DNA from: a virus
Taxonomy: Duplodnaviria > Caudoviricetes
DNA length: 36,752 nucleotides
Strand: one strand, 5' to 3'
IMG/VR virus record: IMGVR_UViG_3300037851_000098
Span: 1-36,752 of that record
This document shows, in pieces, positions 34,287-36,752 of the stretch (positions are counted from its first letter, which is position 1; every line of letters begins with the position of its first letter). The notes beneath the pieces were generated by a model. The model worked only from the letters and a program-made list of their open reading frames with translations. It was not told the origin of the DNA and ran no database searches. The translations under genes were made by a program, and so were the position numbers.

Positions 34287-34492
34287 CCCGCGCAGACACC
34301 GTGCAGTTTATGATGCTAGCACTGCTGCTGTCGAAGGTCGAAACATTGGCGGTGGGGGAAGCGGTCAAAGCGATTGCGGACAAGGCCCGCGCCGACGAGC
34401 GCGCCCGGTGCGTGGAGATTGTGCGGAAGCACGCAACGATTGACTTCGACTACTGCGCCATTATCCGCGAGATCGAGGAGGAAATGCCATGA
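34283..34492 (+). CDS. Hypothetical protein (69 aa)
   Basis: ATGA overlaps at both ends; ERARC motif. Confidence 0.75.
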   Translation: MTRADTVQFMMLALLLSKVETLAVGEAVKAIADKARADERARCVEIVRKHATIDFDYCAIIREIEEEMP

Positions 34493-34968
34493 GCCACTGG
34501 ACCGACCAGTTCCCTTACGCCTGCGCCGAGTGCCTCGCCGAGGGCCGCAAGTATCCCACGATGCAGGCGTGGTGGAATGCAACCGAGCGTTCAGACTGGA
34601 TGATGTGGTTGCTGGATCGTATCGGCTGGCCCGCCGGGGGTAGGGCTAAGTACGAGCGCCTTATAGCGCCAGCGCAGGAGGAGTACGAGCGCGCTACGGC
34701 GCCCGCATGGGAGGAGTATTGGCGCGCGACGGCGCCCGCATGGGGGGAGTATTGGCGCGTGACGGCGTCCGCGTTGGAGGAGTACGAGCGCGCTAAGGCG
34801 CCCGCGTGGGAGGAGTACGAGCAGGCGGTGGCGTCCGCGTGGGAGGAGTACGAGCGCCTGATAGCGCCCGCACGGGCGGAGTACCAGCGCGTGACGGCGC
34901 CCGCATGGGCTGAGTACGAGCGTGCAAAAGTGGCCGCGTTGAGACAAGCGAGAAGGTTGGTCACGTAG
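34489..34968 (+). CDS. Protein with 11-residue helical repeats
   Basis: Nine EEYERATAPAW-like units after an RSDWMMWLL head. Confidence 0.85.
   Translation: MSHWTDQFPYACAECLAEGRKYPTMQAWWNATERSDWMMWLLDRIGWPAGGRAKYERLIAPAQEEYERATAPAWEEYWRATAPAWGEYWRVTASALEEYERAKAPAWEEYEQAVASAWEEYERLIAPARAEYQRVTAPAWAEYERAKVAALRQARRLVT
34645..34941 (+). repeat. 33-bp degenerate tandem repeat, 9 units
   Basis: Unit approximates GAGGAGTACGAGCGCGCKACGGCGCCCGCRTGG. Confidence 0.9.
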
Positions 34969-34985
34969 ATAGAGAAGGAGAAGAC

Positions 34986-35468
34986 ATGACCATGCAGGAG
35001 CAGTACGAGCAGGATGTACGCGTCGTGTGCGATGCCGCTGTGCGGTGGGACAAGGCGATTAGCCTCGAACTGCACCACGCGCTTTGTCGTCTCCGCTCCA
35101 CCCGCGTCGTCGTGGTGGACCCTGACATGGGAAACAGGATTCATTTCGCAGTGGGGTCGCTCGACGTGACCAACCCGCCGCAGGGTGGGAGCGGTGTGAC
35201 CACGAAGGCGCAGGTGGACGGCCCACGAACCAACCACAACTGCGTCGCCATCCCGAAAGACGAGTACGACCGGCTCCGGCGGGCGCTGTTGGAGTTGATG
35301 TACTCACGAGGATACCCGCGTGGAGGCTTCGGTGCGGGCGCGCTCCCCGTGCTTGTCTCGATTGGCCTTGTTGCTGGCGTCAAGCACGGAGACGACGATG
35401 GTGTGGGAACGTGGGACTGGACCCCCGCCGCGCACGAGTTCGCGCGGGAGATGGAGGGGGAGAAGTGA
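34986..35468 (+). CDS. Hypothetical protein (160 aa)
   Basis: SD AAGGAG; GTGA overlap with the next gene. Confidence 0.75.
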   Translation: MTMQEQYEQDVRVVCDAAVRWDKAISLELHHALCRLRSTRVVVVDPDMGNRIHFAVGSLDVTNPPQGGSGVTTKAQVDGPRTNHNCVAIPKDEYDRLRRALLELMYSRGYPRGGFGAGALPVLVSIGLVAGVKHGDDDGVGTWDWTPAAHEFAREMEGEK

Positions 35469-35761
35469 ACGCCATGATGATGAACGCCGCCACGCTTGCG
35501 GCGATGAACAGCAAGGCATCGCGCGACGGCAAGTGTCTGCTTGACGGTGTGCGCGTGCTCGTGTCGGACGTGTGCAGGGACAAGGAAGTCGTGCATGGCG
35601 AGGTCGGGGAACTGACTGCGCTCTATCTCCTGATCGGTGGGTGCGAGCCTCGACAGGCGCGGGCGACCCTAGACTTCTTCTTGGTGAGCGAAACGGTGGC
35701 CTCTGGCTTGCCGCCAGAGCAACGATCTTTGTTCGAGGCGACCGATGGGTCGGACTGCTGA
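35465..35761 (+). CDS. Hypothetical protein (98 aa)
   Basis: GTG start overlapping the upstream stop; SD GGAGG. Confidence 0.6.
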   Translation: MNAMMMNAATLAAMNSKASRDGKCLLDGVRVLVSDVCRDKEVVHGEVGELTALYLLIGGCEPRQARATLDFFLVSETVASGLPPEQRSLFEATDGSDC

Positions 35762-35797
35762 AAATCTCGCGTCCTGCGCGAAAAGGTCTGGAAACAG

Positions 35798-35828
35798 AGA
35801 AGGCCCGCCGAGTTACGGCGGGCCTTCT
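35798..35828. terminator. Probable bidirectional terminator between convergent genes
   Basis: Perfect 13-bp stem AGAAGGCCCGCCG/CGGCGGGCCTTCT with 5-nt loop. Confidence 0.75.
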
Positions 35829-35851
35829 TGCTGTTCCGGTTGCCGGGGCGC

Positions 35852-36751
35852 TTACCGGGTGCGAACCTCGACCAGTTCGAGCGCCGCACCGAAGGCGCGG
35901 GCCTTCTCCTTCGCGCGCGACCCGAACAGCGCCGACTCGTCCGCGCCTCGACCCTCGCGCCAGTCGGAGATTTCGGTGGCAGCGTTGTACGCGGCCCACG
36001 CGGTTCCGGCGAGGATGGTCGGCTCGAACTTCTCGAACTGCTCGACCGCAGCGTTGCGCAGCGCGGCGGCGCGCTCACAGGCCCGGTCGTACTGCTCCTG
36101 CGCCGTGGTGATTCCCTGAAGCATATCTGGCGTCAGCGCGCGCTTGAACACTTCGGCCTCGACCTCGTTCAACTGCGACTTGATGAGCCGCACCTTCGCC
36201 GGGACGGGCGGGTTGGGGAACGCCGCCGCAAAGATCGCTTCCGCTTCGGCCCCGGTGATGCGCCGATCAGCGAACGCCCCGAAGATCGCCCGCGTCCGCT
36301 CCTGCGACTCCTTGAACTGGCTCACGAGGCGCGAGGCCAACTGAATCCGCTGAAGCGAGTCGCTGGCGTGCGGAACGGAGAGGTTGATCGTGGCCTGCCC
36401 TTCGGCCATCGTGAGCGTGTTCCAGCAGACCACGCGCACGGGCGAGTGAAAGACCTTGTGACCGACGCCCGGCGTGAGCGAGAACGTGGCGGCGAAGTAC
36501 GACCGCATCTCGTCGCCGCGCACCGACCAGTCGGGGGCGCGGAAGCACAGGAACGCGAGGCCACCGCGCTTGAGCACGCCCGCCGTTTCGACCTTGTGTG
36601 TGGTGGCGAGGTCGTCGAGCGCACCGGCCAGTTCGGGGTACGAGGCGGCGACCCACGCGTCGGAGGTCACGCCGAGCACGACGGGCTGCGGGTCGTCGAC
36701 GGTCGGCTTGCGCACGATGGCGACGTGATCGGACTTGAGCATCTGCCCGTA
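35852..36751 (-). CDS. DUF932-family phage/plasmid protein, 5'-truncated
   Basis: VETAGVLKRG, SPVRVVCWNTL and GTAWAAYNAATE motifs; frame is open to the window edge. Confidence 0.88.
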   Translation of the reverse strand, partial: YGQMLKSDHVAIVRKPTVDDPQPVVLGVTSDAWVAASYPELAGALDDLATTHKVETAGVLKRGGLAFLCFRAPDWSVRGDEMRSYFAATFSLTPGVGHKVFHSPVRVVCWNTLTMAEGQATINLSVPHASDSLQRIQLASRLVSQFKESQERTRAIFGAFADRRITGAEAEAIFAAAFPNPPVPAKVRLIKSQLNEVEAEVFKRALTPDMLQGITTAQEQYDRACERAAALRNAAVEQFEKFEPTILAGTAWAAYNAATEISDWREGRGADESALFGSRAKEKARAFGAALELVEVRTR

Positions 36752-36752
36752 G

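Noticed and set aside
34645-34941. CRISPR-like periodicity (also 10220-10584)
   Set aside because: Repeats are contiguous, in frame and vary at codon level; there are no unique spacers and no cas genes.

Overview
The window is most of a high-GC tailed dsDNA phage genome, siphovirus-like (tail tube and tape measure, no sheath). No integrase, repressor or host gene is visible. Layout: (1) 1-2015, a leftward block of four small hypothetical genes sharing near-identical start and stop flanks, in DNA strongly depleted of GGG/CCC and CGG/CCG; (2) about 2016-3178, a divergent non-coding control region with IHF-like sites and an abrupt composition switch near 2812, a candidate packaging origin; (3) 3179-28080, rightward packaging, head, tail and lysis genes (probable TerS, Mu-gp28-type TerL, portal-MuF fusion, HK97-type protease and capsid, tail chaperone with a probable +1 frameshift, tape measure, tail tip, DUF5675 lysin); (4) 28209-35761, recombination, replication and accessory genes; (5) a convergent, truncated DUF932 gene. 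Three features stand out. First, a 615-aa head-module protein with an export-like N-terminus, a mirror-symmetric 8-Cys ladder, 33 D-S/T motifs resembling the Bacteroidota O-glycosylation sequon, and a catalytically dead SGNH domain. Second, a run of stem-closed non-coding modules, one of them tRNA-like, on both sides of a small nuclease gene. Third, the cassette-like left arm and its sharp compositional border. All calls come from reading motifs by eye; no database searches were run and all counts are by hand.
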